Part shown: positions 1 through 12,765 of the stretch, piece by piece
Layout: the number at the start of each line of letters is the position of its first letter
Numbering within the stretch: the stretch's first letter is position 1
Assembly (NCBI GenBank): GCA_951406725.2
Contig: OX597831.1
Coordinates: 39,866,001-39,930,000 of the forward strand
Direction: 5' to 3'
DNA from: Octopus vulgaris
Taxonomy: Eukaryota
Length of the DNA: 64,000 nucleotides
Program-made: the position numbers and the translations under genes
Notes under the pieces: generated by a model
Databases searched by the model: none
What the model was told of the DNA's origin: nothing
Seen by the model: only the letters and a program-made list of their open reading frames with translations

Positions 1-900
1 ACTTTTAAGATGGGAAATCGCTACATTAACACGTAATCTATGCATGCATATGCATAAAACACACATTGCGTTGAAACTTCTCCTCCTCCTCCAGTACAAG
101 ACATTAGCAAATTTTGTAATTATTCTAGTAAATGTGTATATTTAATTAAAGAACTCAGGCACTATGATTAGTGCGTGTGTGGTTGGGTTAAGGGGCGGGG
201 GCAGTTAATTAAAACTTTTATTCCTAATGAATTTCTTCAGGTACAATTTATAAACACGCACATGCACGTCAAAAAAATGTGCACGTTTGCACACGTATGA
301 AAAAAAGCACGCATTCAGAAACACATACATAGAAGTGGATGTATTACATACAACTGCAGACACACACACACACAACACAAAAGGATGTGTACATTAAGAC
401 ATACAAACGAATGCGTATGCATTGACACATACACAACACGCACAAAAAAACGCACATATAATTGCATATGCACATATGCATACAAATGTGCTTAGATGAA
501 TACGCACACAAATGAATGCATGTGCGTATAAACAAAAGGTTGCGGTACACAAATATATAGATACAAATGATCGCCTATGCACACAAGCGTGCATACATAA
601 ACACATGTACTAATGGATGCATACATACGCACACAAACATGCACACATACATACACAACTATGTATGGACATGTAACTGCTTATATAGAAATGAATGTAT
701 ATGTATACACACACAAGCGAAACAAAAGTTAAGTTTACATAAACACATACATGCAGAAGATTACATGCACACATACGCGTGCACGCGCATGCACAATAAG
801 ATGCACGACAGCGAAAGAAATAGAAAAGTGCAAATTGTGACTCTTACTAAATCATGCATGTGTTTGTGCGCATGTGTGTCCCTTTGTGTGAAAGGTTCTA

Positions 901-931
<31 letters not shown>

Positions 932-1599
932 ACGCATGCGCAAGTGTATTTACCTGTAATGTATTTGTGTGTCTACCTGTCTTTGGACTTGTAGATGATT
1001 ATGATGGTAGTAAAAGCAAAGCCAAAAAAAAAAAGGTCCATTGTCAAATTGCATTTAAGTACTGAAAAAAATAACCAAAAAAAAAATTCTGTTCCCCCTC
1101 CTCCCCAGAATTCCACAAAAAAACTTGTTTTTCCTCATATTCTAGTTATTTCATTTTATGTATATATTTTTTCATCCCTGCCATTTTTTTCTCTTTTTTT
1201 TTTTTCCCCCCCAATTTCTTCACCTCACCCCTAATTCATTCATTCTCTCTTCTGCATCACCTGTAAGCTTAGTCTTCCATTTTTTGTCATTTCATTCTCT
1301 ATTTTGTTATATTTTAATTTCATTTTATATATATTTTTTTTTTATTTATTACCATTTTTGCATCAACCAGCAGCAGTGAAATCCCTATCCTTGTGATAGA
1401 CATTTCCTATATAGCTTTTACAACAGCCTTCATAACCCCTTGACCCCCTTCTGTCTCATCTTGTAATGATCCCCCTCTCCACCTTCCTTCCTTCTTTCCT
1501 TCTGTCCTTCCTCAGCATGTGGTGTGTATGTAACTGAAACATTTCACTTGCAGAACCTTTTGCTCTCTCCTCCTCATCCTTCCATAACCCATCTTTTCA

Positions 1600-1828
1600 T
1601 TCTTCCCCTCATCCCCCTCAGCTTTCTGTGCCTCTCACTCTTTCTCCCCCTTACTGTCTCTGTTTCTCCCTTTGTCTCTGTATACCTGTTTGTATCTATC
1701 TCCTTTTGTGTCTGTCCCTCTCCCTTTCGCTCCCACACTCACTCTCTCTCTCTCTCTCACTGCCCCCTCTCTCTCCTCTGTTCTGTTTTTCTGTCCTGTA
1801 TATCTTTCTTTCTAATCTCATGTCTCTG

Positions 1829-1861
<33 letters not shown>

Positions 1862-2140
1862 TCTGTTTCTCCCCCTCTGATCAGTTTCCCTATCTGTCCT
1901 CTCTCTCTCCATCCTCTCCCTGTTTCTCTGTCTCTCTCTGCCAGCTCTCAGTCCCCCCTCTCTCTGTCCCCTTTCTCTCTGTCCCCTTTCTCTCTGTCCC
2001 CTTTCTCTCTGTCCCCTTTCTCTCTGCCACCTCTCTCTATGCCCTATTTCTCTCTGCCCCTATTATGTCACTCTATCCTTTCTAGTCTCTACTCTTCTAA
2101 TTCTTCTTTCTTTTCCTTCATTTCCTTCCTTCCTTCCTAA
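1600..2140. repeat. CT-rich low-complexity block including a 15-bp ctctctgtccccttt repeat
   Basis: Directly visible. Confidence 0.9.
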
Positions 2141-3329
2141 CAGCTCACTCTCTACATTTGTATTCCATTTCTAAATGCTTCTCTGCTAATTCTTCCTGGA
2201 ATACCCTCCAAACCTTTTGTAATCCTTTGGTACCCCATTTTTTCTCTTTTATTTCTCTCTTCATTTTCTTCCCCTTTAACCTTCCTTCTCATTCCTTCCC
2301 CAATCCTTCACTCTCCACAACCTCCTCACCCCTTCACCAATTTCTCTATGTCCCCCCACCCGAGATATGTCCTTCACAAGCCCCCCTCCACATACAAACA
2401 GGACTCTCCCCCACCCCACTGAAAACCTCACTCATCTCCCGCATAAACCTCACTTAATTGTGCTTATGATAAACGACCTATATGCATGCAGAAACCTACA
2501 GGGACTCCAAGGAAGGGTGGCACAACCACCACTATCACTACTGCTACCCATACTATCTTGACAACCATCAGCCACAACCAACACCACTAGTGCCACTCAC
2601 TGCCACCACCACCTCCAGTATTCACTGCCAAAACTTATCGCCACACCTACCACATACCATCAGCAGTCATAGCTATCAATGCAACGCAACCACCTCAACC
2701 ACCACCATCGCTGCTACTGTTCACCAAAGCTATGACCACAACATGACAACCACCACACAACATCCGCAGTGTCATCACCATGACCACTGTCCAACATTCA
2801 CCAGCAAAAAAGCTATCGCCAGAATATGACTATGGTAACTATTATTACTAGCACCAGCACCACCACCACCAAAACTATCTCTACCACTCACCATCCTTTG
2901 CCAAAACTAACACAATCACTACCACTAGCGCCACCCCCCCACTGTCATCATCACTATGACCACCGTCACTATCATCACTACCGCCACCACCCTGATTGAG
3001 AACTATGACCTTTGCAATGAAGCAGTGAGGACTACCGTTATGTGGTCTTTCAGCCTTTTACAAATAGTAGCCAGAATCCCTCCTCACAACAGCCCTGAAA
3101 TTATTCCCCACTGCTTTTTAGAAGTACAGATAAAACTGGTAAATGCTGGAAAAAGAGGAGTAATGGCCACGGATGGAATGCTTTTAATTGTAGGTCTCTC
3201 TGGATTTGACTTGATCTGGGTATAATCACCACTGTTGCTGCTGCTACTACTACTACCATCACTATTACCACTACTATCATTAATTATTACCAGTTCTGCT
3301 GCTAATAATAATAATAATAATTAATTATA

Positions 3330-3702
3330 TCAACTCCAGTGTTCCACAGGTACTTATTTCATTGACCCCCCAAAAGGGCGAAAGGCAAAGTTGACCTCGG
3401 CAGAATTAGTGACAGGTGGAATAATTGCTAAGCATTTTGTCTGGTATGCTAACGATCTTGCTAGCTCGCCACTGTAGATGATGATGATGATTTTAAATTT
3501 TTGGCGTGGGAGCAGCTTCGAGGAGGGGATTAAGTCATTTCCATTGACCCCAGTGTTTCACTGGTACGTAATTTATCGAATTCGAAAAGAGGAAAGGCAA
3601 AGTCAACCTTGGCGGGATTTGAACTCAGAACGTAGCAGCAGGCAAAATACCGCTAAATATTATACTGTCCAGCATGCTAACGATTCTGCCAATTCGCCAC
3701 CA
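3330..3702 (-). mobile_element. Two tandem SINE family B copies
   Basis: aaaggcaaagt(t/c)(g/a)acct(c/t)ggc and gctaacgat motifs each occur twice. Confidence 0.8.
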
Positions 3703-3705
3703 TAG

Positions 3706-3738
<33 letters not shown>

Positions 3739-4331
3739 TTGATATCACTACTATAACTACCACCACTTGCTGCTACTGCTGCTGTAAATACTTCTACTAC
3801 TACTACTACTACTACTACAAAGACAATCATCACCAATATGACTGCTGCCATCACTTGCTCCACCACTACTATTACTGCTACCACCACCACCACCATCACT
3901 CCCCACCTCCACCACATGCTATTGCTGCAACTATTACTCCTACTGCTGCTGCGGCGTCCCTTCTCCATCCCAGTGTGCCATGTAATAAATTTCCTGACTT
4001 TAATATACACAACACCGTTGTCATTGTCTTAATCTATGTTTAGTTGACTCTAAATAACCATAATTATTTTTACTGGCAGCAACCTGGATGAAAATTACAT
4101 GTAACCGGTTCTCTGTGTGTGTGCGTTTGAAGGATGGGATAGGGTGGGGCAAGGCGGCGTGGGGGAGGTGAGGTTTAACGCAGTGGATGTGTAAGCTTGT
4201 ATATATATGTGTGTGCATGTGTCTGCGCATATGTAATTGTGAACATGCATCTGCCTCTGCCGCTAGAGATTTGCTCATAACTACATATACATGTATAGAT
4301 GCGTTTTGTGTATGTGTTGGTATGTGTGCAT

Positions 4332-4373
<42 letters not shown>

Positions 4374-4385
4374 ACATACACATAA

Positions 4386-4418
<33 letters not shown>

Positions 4419-4448
4419 CATAAGCATACATATATGTACATACACATA

Positions 4449-4489
<41 letters not shown>

Positions 4490-5175
4490 ATACATATGTA
4501 CATACACATAAATGTACATATATATAGCCATGCACATACATGTGTGTTTGTGCGTGCATGGATATGCATGCAGTCATTCCTGTGGTTCATCTTGCTACTG
4601 GCATGCATGCACAAAAAATCCCATGAACCATCACTCAGTCATGCATCACAAAAAACAGTAAGAAGGTTAACATATGCACATACGCACACACACACACACA
4701 CTTTCGAGAATGAGATGTATGTTACCCCCAGTGACTAATAAGTCTTAGCAAGGTATTTTTCTCCGAAGTTCTCCACAAATGTTCTTGTGAACTACAAATT
4801 ATTTGGCACTATATCCTGAAGTCTACACAGTGAGCGAAGAAATAGAAGAAGTGAAATTCTGATAAACAACATAAAAGAAATACGATGAGGATATTTGTAA
4901 AGTGATAGCTGAAGATTCTTTTTATATCTGACTATTCAGAGATATTTCCCCCCAACATCAAATGTATATTTTCAGTGACACAGAGGTTTTGTTGATTCCT
5001 ATTGCCAGGAAATGGTTAGGTGCAGTGTTGCTTCATACTGTAGCAAATGCTTTTAAGCTTTTAATACTTGCAGATATCGCATGGTTAATTTGTATGTCTG
5101 AGTAAAACAGAGCGAGCGTCTTCCACCAGCCTGCTACTAACCAATGTGAATCAGCTTGGCTGGTGTTTTATTAAT

Positions 5176-5391
5176 CTTTTCTCCTCTAAGCACAAGGCCC
5201 GAAATTTTGGGGGAGGGGGACAGTCAATTAGGTCGACCCCAGTATGCAACTGGTACTTAATTTATCGACCTCGAAAGGATGAAAGGCAAAGTCGACCTCG
5301 GCGGAATTTGAACTCAGACGTAACGGCAGACGAAATACCGCTGAGGATTTTGCCCGGCGTGCTAACGTTTCTGCCAGCTCGCCGCCTTTAC
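5176..5391 (-). mobile_element. SINE family B, young copy with 17-bp TSD
   Basis: TSD gctggtgttttattaat at 5159-5175 and 5392-5408. Central motif ggtcgactttgcctttcatcctttcgaggtcgataaa and intact CpGs. Confidence 0.92.
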
Positions 5392-5965
5392 GCTGGTGTT
5401 TTATTAATAGCGTATGTTACAGTCAAGATTGCATGAAGAAGTGCATGCTGTGAAAAACCACTGGTGAACTGGTCCAGAATTTCTCGAGTGTTTCATGTCA
5501 AACTGTTGTCCTTCAAGTTCCATATATATCTGGAAAGTGCTGTGGCATTTCTCTTCTCATCATTTGAAGAGAATGAAGCGTAAAGGAGGAAGCACTTTTA
5601 AATTTGTGTTGTTAAATCTTCATTACAATGTTTAATTAATTTTAAAATTTCAGTTAATTAATATTGGCTTAGTAAATCAGGTAATCGGTTTGCATTTCCT
5701 CTTACTATATTCGTGTCAACATTAATAAACAATTTTCTTTTCTGTTATTTGTACACTTAGTTGGATGTATGTATATATGGATGAGTATGTGCAAATAAAC
5801 ACATGCACGTGTACATATTGATGTACATCTTGGTGTATTTACATATGCATTTGTCTGCTTATATGTGGGTCTGTATGCACATAAGTACGTATATATGTAT
5901 TTGTATGTTTGTGATTATATGTGTAACTGTGTGTCTGTATATTGCATACGTATATTTATAAACGT

Positions 5966-6004
5966 CTGTAATGCTGTTTTTTTTTCTTTCTATTTCAGGT
6001 GAGT
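5966..6004 (+). other. Candidate recursive splice site (3'SS immediately followed by 5'SS)
   Basis: ctgtaat...gtttttttttctttctatttcAG|GTGAGT, with the junction at 5998/5999. Confidence 0.5.
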
Positions 6005-6569
6005 TATATATATCTATATTTTTTTTTTTACATCTAATTTGTTTTACCTCTGGATTCCGTTTCCTGTCTGTCTGTCATACCGACAACAAGAATTGGAATG
6101 ATGCAAAGATGGGAATAAGAGTCTGACAGAGTGAAAAGAAACGAGACAAAAGGATTAACTACAATGGAAACGGTTTTCAGGAAGGAATTCTAGCAGTGAT
6201 TCTAAGATTCTAAGATGACAAAATCACAAACAATACTTCCCTCCCCCCCACCAAAAAATAAAAAAGAAAGCATTGTAAAACAAAACACAACCAATATTGG
6301 AATATTGTTCAAACATCAAGGCGACAAAGTATGTTTCTTTTTTGTATTTATTTTTGTATTATTAGCAAGGTAAGCAATTTAGCTGGGAATATTCTACATT
6401 AGGTTATTTTCTTTCTTAAGAGATATGTGTGTGTGTGTGTAAGTATTTGTGTATGTGTGTATATATATGTGTGCATGCATGTGTGGGTAGTTGTGTGTAT
6501 GTGCATATATGTATGTGTGTGTGCATATATGTATATGCATGTCTGTCTGTGAATATGTATGATGTATGC

Positions 6570-6614
<45 letters not shown>

Positions 6615-6623
6615 TATTTGTTA

Positions 6624-6666
<43 letters not shown>

Positions 6667-6879
6667 CACACACACACACATATTAGTAACTACAGTACAA
6701 GCACTGTGATAGAGATGTAAGATAAACTTCAGAGGTGTTTTTATTAAGCACACATTTTTAGCCTCTCTATGAAAGATGTGTACTTTGTTTAAACCAAAAA
6801 AAATTTCTGTCTTTGACTAGAAAACACATTGATACCTGACTGGCTTTAATGTTGTTTTATTCTTTCATTGGGTTATGAA

Positions 6880-7326
6880 TACACACATTACTAATCATAG
6901 AGAGAATGGTTCTCCCAGACATCCAGTCTTGAAACTCCTCCATGGTAGTCTGTATGAATGAGGGAGGGTTGAGTATCCTTACTCATCATAAACTATGACT
7001 TTATTTATTGCCCCTCAGTACTTAGTTTACCCTGCTATCGCAAAACCCTTCGTTTACATTTAGTTTCCTTAGTTGAGTTGGGGTGGCACCTAGTAGCGAT
7101 GGAAAGGTAGTTTGTACTTATGTACTACAAAGGCCTTCTCCAAGTCAACAGATGCCAGGAATTGTGATTTCTTCTTACCAAAGTATTTCTCCCGCGGTTG
7201 TCTCATGATGAAAATTTCATCCATGGTTTCTCTGTCGGGCATGAATCCAAACCCCATCTCATCTTAGTCAATTGTCTTTCGAGTCCACTGTGCTATGACT
7301 ACTCTCTCTCTCTCTCTCTCTTTATT

Positions 7327-7379
<53 letters not shown>

Positions 7380-7435
7380 ATAGACTTGTCTAACAATATA
7401 GTGCCTCCATTATTTCCCCTTTCTAAGGAATCTAG
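6880..7435 (-). pseudogene. Decayed RTE-clade LINE reverse transcriptase fragment, split by (CT)n
   Basis: Minus-strand translation gives DSLERGNNGGTILLDKSM then EMGFGFMPDRETMDEIFIMRQPREKYFGKKKSQFLASVDLEKAF, matching RTE RT motifs GFMPGRST.DAIF..RQ..EK and FVDLEKAFD. Stops and frameshifts are present. Confidence 0.85.
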
Positions 7436-7587
7436 GTGTAGATGAAATGCTGGCTAAAAGGCAAGTTCATTGCAGGTACTAAGGTGAAGAATTCTCTCTT
7501 TTGGTGAAAAGGTGTAGAAACTCCATATCTATTCAGTGTTGCTCTTTGTCATATTCCCAGACATTAATGTTTCCAGCTGTTTAGTCA

Positions 7588-7978
7588 TCTTTATATATAA
7601 AAGTGAGGTTGTGTGCTGTCTGTCTCCTACGATTTAGATTCCTAACTACTCCCACATTTTGCGGTGCAGTTTAACCCAAACCGGGTATCTTATAGTCATG
7701 ATTCATATCGACCCCTTCTGGGTATTAGCGCGCGTCTACGATGAGTCTACGGTTTAAAAAAAAATTTACCATCAATTTTTCCCATTTTTAATGCATTTTT
7801 GGCATATATAAGGGAAGTAACTCTAAAAATGTATTATTAAATCTCAGAACGTAAAAAGCTACAGTAACACCCCCTTTGTGGTTAGCCATATTGAGATGGC
7901 TATTATACTTTACATCTCTAAAAATGCTTATATAGTTATTTCCTTACAAACCCGAGCAACGTCGGGCGATACTGCTAG
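7588..7978 (+). mobile_element. Non-autonomous Helitron
   Basis: 5' TC after host A, subterminal hairpin cccga-gcaacg-tcggg (7951-7966), 3' CTAG followed by host T. A homologous copy lies at 16561. Confidence 0.9.
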
Positions 7979-8334
7979 TTATATATACAAGATGAAAAAA
8001 CATCCTCATTTAATGTCCGTTGTCCAAACTGGCTTGGGGTGGATGGTATAACTAGAGCTGGCAAGCTGCACCACACTCCAGTCTGATTTGGCATGGTTTT
8101 TACGGCTGGATGCCCTTCCTAACACCAACCACTTTACAGAGTGTACTGGGTGCTTTTATGTGGCACCACAGAGGCACCTTTACATGGCCACTGCCATGAG
8201 TGCTTTTAATGTGGCATCAGTCCAGGACTCTTGCAGGTCAATCCTCAACACTAAGGTAACCGGTCTAAATACTTCTGCTGTGGAGTATGAGCCTTCCTGA
8301 GTACAGCAAGGAGCTAGGCATCTCGGTCCTCTGT

Positions 8335-8555
8335 CATCTCACCTGAGGTCATTCTTCAGCACTTCGTCCCATGTCTTCCTGTGTCTCCTACTTCCATGTA
8401 TTCTATCTACTTTGAGAGATCGGAGCTTCTTCATGGAACTGTTGGCATCCATCCGTATCACATGACCACACCACTGCAGTCTCCTCTCTTGCCCACAGCA
8501 ATTAATTCCTCTTACGCCTAACTTCTCTCTCAAAGCACCAGCACTCTCTCGGACA
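8335..8555 (-). pseudogene. RTE-clade LINE ORF C-terminal fragment
   Basis: ORF 8339-8533 reads REKLGVRGI...RRLQWCGHVIRM...GSRRHRKTWDEV, matching the RLRWxGHVxR and GRPRKTW motifs. Confidence 0.85.
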
Positions 8556-8557
8556 CA

Positions 8558-8967
8558 CTCTTTACTCTTTTACTTGTTTCAGTCATGTGACTGTGGCCAC
8601 GCTGGAGCACCACCTTTAGTCGAGCAAATCGACCCCTGGACTTATTCTTTGTAAGCCTAGTACTTATTCTATCGATCTCTTTTGCCGAACCGCTAAGTTA
8701 CAGGGACGTAAACACACCAGCATCGGTTGTCAAGCAATGTTGGGGGGGGGGGGGCAAACATAGACACAAACGTATACACACACACATATATATATACATA
8801 TATACGACGGGTTTCTTTTAGTTTCCATCTACCAAATCCACTCACAAGGCTTTGGTCTGCCCGAGGCTATAGTAGAAGACACTTGCCCAAGGTGCCACGC
8901 AGTGGGACTGAACCTGGAACCATGTGATTTGTAAGCGAGCTACTTACCACACAGCCACTCCTACACC
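8558..8967 (-). mobile_element. SINE family A, full length
   Basis: Reverse complement of the 39400 copy with a short internal microsatellite. Confidence 0.9.
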
Positions 8968-9189
8968 TAGATATCTTTCAGTTTGTTTACCAGATCCACT
9001 GACAAAGTTTTGGTTGGTCCAAGTCTATAGAAGACACTTGAGCAGGATGCCATATAGTGGGCATGAACCTGGAAGCATGCGACTGAAAAGCAGACTTCTT
9101 ACCATGCAGCTACTTGTGTACCTATGTCAAACAGCTTTTAAATGCTACTCCCTTTTTATCATTTAACCTAGTTTCACGCGTTCACTTTA

Positions 9190-9234
9190 CTCACCCCCAC
9201 TCACCCACTTCCTCTTCATTCGTCACAGGTATGT
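9190..9234 (+). other. Second candidate recursive splice site
   Basis: ctcac...cttcctcttcattcgtcacAG|GTATGT, with the junction at 9228/9229. Confidence 0.3.
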
Positions 9235-9704
9235 TATCACCTTACAATTTCTTGATTTAAATTCTGATTTAAATTAGTCCCCTGCAAATTTAATCAATCT
9301 TATCTTACAATCTAATTCCATTTTGCATCCCTTCTTCCCTCTGCTCCTCCCGCTTGTCTACTGTCTCCCTATCTCCTCTGTCGTCCTTGTAGGCACTTTA
9401 TCACTCCCTAGGTATTTCTTTGATATTAAATCTTACAACTAGATTTAACGCAGATTTACCCAGTTCGTTTAGTGCAAATTATTTCCAGTACAAAGGCGGT
9501 TAATCCCTTTATGTTAATTTAATACAATTTGTTTTTCCATTCCGTTTTAATGAGACATTTAAGCACACTCTTCACTTTACCTGTTAACTATGTAATATTA
9601 TTCATTCCTCCTTGTTTCCCTCTCATTTTGAAACACATCACATTAAAGTATTAACTTTAGCATTTCGCTTTAATTGCTGTTATCCAGAACAGTTAACACG
9701 CTCA

Positions 9705-9931
9705 TGCAGGGTTGCGTGGTAAAAAAATTTGCATGCCAACTGCATGGATTCTCACTACGTGGTACTTAGGGTGAGTGTCTCACACTGTAGCCCAGGGTCA
9801 ACTAGTGCCTTGTGAGTGCATTTGGTAGACAGAAATTGAAGCCTGCCATGCTTGCACATGCATGTGTGTGTGTGTGTATGTATCATCATTGTTGTTTAAC
9901 GTCCGCTTTCTGTGCTGATATGGGTTGGACA

Positions 9932-10025
<94 letters not shown>

Positions 10026-10220
10026 CATGTGTGTGTGCAAAACTTTGTGTTTTTGTCTGTCCTCGCTGCCACTTAACAAGCAGTGTAGATATCTTTAGAC
10101 ATCCTCCATAACTTCACAGTTCAGCAAAAGAGCCTGATAAAATAAATGCTATACATAACCAGAATCGATTTGTTTGATTCTTGAGCATGACCATAGTCCA
10201 AGTGCCCCAGCATGGCCATT
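9705..10220 (+). mobile_element. Old SINE family A copy with a family C tail fragment inside
   Basis: Diverged head, core and tail. The segment catcatt...tttaacgtccgc...gggttggacag at 9883-9932 is a family C tail. Confidence 0.65.
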
Positions 10221-11039
10221 GTCAAATACATTTTTTGCAGTATTTTTCTTTCCTAACATATTTCCAGTCATGCCTCACCCTCCTTAGTTGAATCCATGTT
10301 GTCAGTTTACGTTAGTTATTTACAGACAATATCATCATCACTGTTTTAATGTTCACTTTTCCATGTTTTTAATGAGTGAGATGGAATGCGTTGGGGCAGA
10401 TTTTCTCTCTCTGGCTGCCCTTTCTGTTGCCAACCTCACCTGTCTTCAAGCCAAATAATATTTCTCTATGGCCAGGTATGTTTAGTACGAGATACCCAAG
10501 ATGAACACCGTTATTTGCATATTGCTGCTGCTTGTTTACTGCAGTCACATAATGTTAGGATAAGGGTATGTGCAAGCACACATATGCTCAAACACATACA
10601 TGGTGAGGTTTTTTTTTTCAGCATCCATCTCTGAAATCCACTCACAAGGCTTTGGCTGACCTGGGGTTAATTCCCCTTATCCAGGCATGCCTTTCGCAGA
10701 AGGCAGGAAACAAACAACACCGCTTGTATGACAGTCATGCTTATTTACAGCCATCATGTAATATCAAAAGAATAGCATGCACACAAACACGATGGGCTTT
10801 TTGTCAGTTTCCACCTACCAAATCCACTTACATGGATTTGCTTGACCCAGGGCTATAGTAGAAGCCACTTGCCCACAGGACAATACAGTGGGACGAAACC
10901 CTAAACCATCACATGGTTGAGAAGCAAGGTTCTTGACCACACATCCTGCACCTAGAGTTTTTATTTCTTTAACTTATCCATATCATTCATACATTTCATA
11001 TCTGTGTGTGTGTGTGTGTTTTGTGCATTTATATGAATA

Positions 11040-11357
11040 CAGTAATCTGTTGCCATATCACGGTTCACCTATCATGCACTCAGTACATCACAGTTCACCT
11101 ATCACGCAGTACATCGCAGTTCACCTACCACGTACTCAGTACATCGCAGTTCACCTACCACGTACTCAGTACATCGCAGTTCACCTATCGCACACTCAGT
11201 ACGCCATGGGTTGTTCTGGCTATTTTAAAATTTATATTGTAGACTCCTCAGTATATCCAGGTTTCTGCAGCTGATAGGTATCTATATTTTTTTAGATTTT
11301 AATTATTTTTGTATGAGGTTTTGGAACGTAACACCCATGATAGTCGAGGTATGACTG
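11040..11357. mobile_element. Tc1/mariner (Tigger/pogo-like) MITE with an internal 30-bp minisatellite
   Basis: TA-cagtaatc ... gtatgactg-TA. Ends are homologous to the reverse complement of 17713-17896. Confidence 0.75.
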
Positions 11358-11432
11358 TATATATGTATGTAAAGCTTTAGATGTCACTCGTAAATGAGTG
11401 GGACCTGGTGCCTTGTATTATTGGTTGAATTT

Positions 11433-11650
11433 AAGGCAGCAAACTGGTAGAATTGTAAGAGGCTTGGTAAAAGTGCTTTGCTCCTGTTTTATCAGACTCA
11501 TGACTTTCCCTGAGTTCAAATTCTTCAAAGGTTGACTTTGCTTTTTATCCTTTCGGGGTTGATAAAATAAGTACCAGTTGAGCAGCACTAGGGGTCGATG
11601 TGATCGACTTACCCCCACCCCGCAAAATTTTAGCCTGTGTGCCTATTATC
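11433..11650 (+). mobile_element. SINE family B, diverged
   Basis: aaggcagcaaactggtagaatt...ttgactttgctttttatcctttcggggttgataaaataagtaccag. Confidence 0.8.
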
Positions 11651-11655
11651 ATTAA

Positions 11656-12171
11656 CCCTTTTTATACCAACTGACCTGAGAGCGTCCGAGGTTCTGTTAC
11701 ATAAACTTAATGTTTTAAAGTGTTCTAAATCAGCGTTACTCAAAGTAGTGGTCCACGGACTGGTGCCGGTCTGTGAGCCATCAGCTGCCAGTATACAGTG
11801 AGTTTCCAGAAAAGAAAGAACCATGAAATGCTTATAAAATGCTTGTGTAATATCGTATTATTTGTTTACAAAATAAATAGAAGATAAAAAATGTTGTCAA
11901 CTTTTATTATATTCATTATATACATTGTTTCCGGTATAAATTAATATTACTAAGAAATATTACCGGTCCCTGGCACATTGGGGAAAAAAAAAACTGCTGA
12001 TACATCACATCAGATAGTTTGAGAAGCGCTGGTCTAAATTATAATTTTCCATCAAGATTTTATGTGAATTTGTTCCAGAATTTGTAATAATGACAAAGTT
12101 ATTTTACTAAATTCCTCATTCTTGTAAAAATTAATCAAAACAAAGGCAGCAGAAATATGGTAACAAAAGGG
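11656..12171. mobile_element. piggyBac-type MITE (P1-related, opposite orientation) containing a nested hAT MITE
   Basis: TTAA-ccctttttatacca ... tggtaacaaaaggg-TTAA. About 207 bp remain after removing the insert. Confidence 0.8.
11731..12031. mobile_element. hAT (Charlie-like) MITE
   Basis: TIRs cagcgttactcaaagt / agtttgagaagcgctg match 13/16. The 8-bp TSD ttctaaat/gtctaaat has 1 mismatch. Confidence 0.8.
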
Positions 12172-12731
12172 TTAAAATGGCAAGCTCTCAGGGTCATTAG
12201 TGCTTTGTAATACTTAGCTGTATTTCTACTGGCTCCTAATGTTCTGGTTTCAAATTTTGCTTAGGTTGATGTTGCTTTTCATCCTTTTAGGATTGGTGAA
12301 ATTAGTATCAGTGATGTACTGGGGGGTTGATGTTCTCGACTAGCCATGCCCACCCCCTCTAACATTTCAGGCCTTGTGCTTAAAGTAGAAAGACTTACTG
12401 GTGAGTTTCAAACTGTCTGGGTCATTTGTAGATGTATGTAATTGTTAAGGAATTCAGGAAGAATGCTGTGAGTTTTGTGGGCCACAGGCTTGTTGATAGC
12501 AATGATGGTGGAGATAAGAGTGATGGTGGTGGCTGTACTGACAGGAACTAAGATGATGATGATGATGGGGATGGTGGTGGTGGTGGTTTATAGTGACAGG
12601 AATAATGATGGGGTGGCATGATGATGATGATGATGATGCTGGTGTTGATGGTTGAGGGGATGATGGTGCTATAGCTGGTGGGGTAAGATGAGCTAATGGT
12701 ACTGCTGGTGGTGATGGAGTTTGTAGTGTGA

Positions 12732-12765
<34 letters not shown>

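Noticed and set aside
191-201. GC box
   Set aside because: Isolated motif with no other promoter evidence.
225-246. ctaat...tttcttcAG|GTACAA as a recursive site
   Set aside because: Donor is weak and the pyrimidine tract is short.
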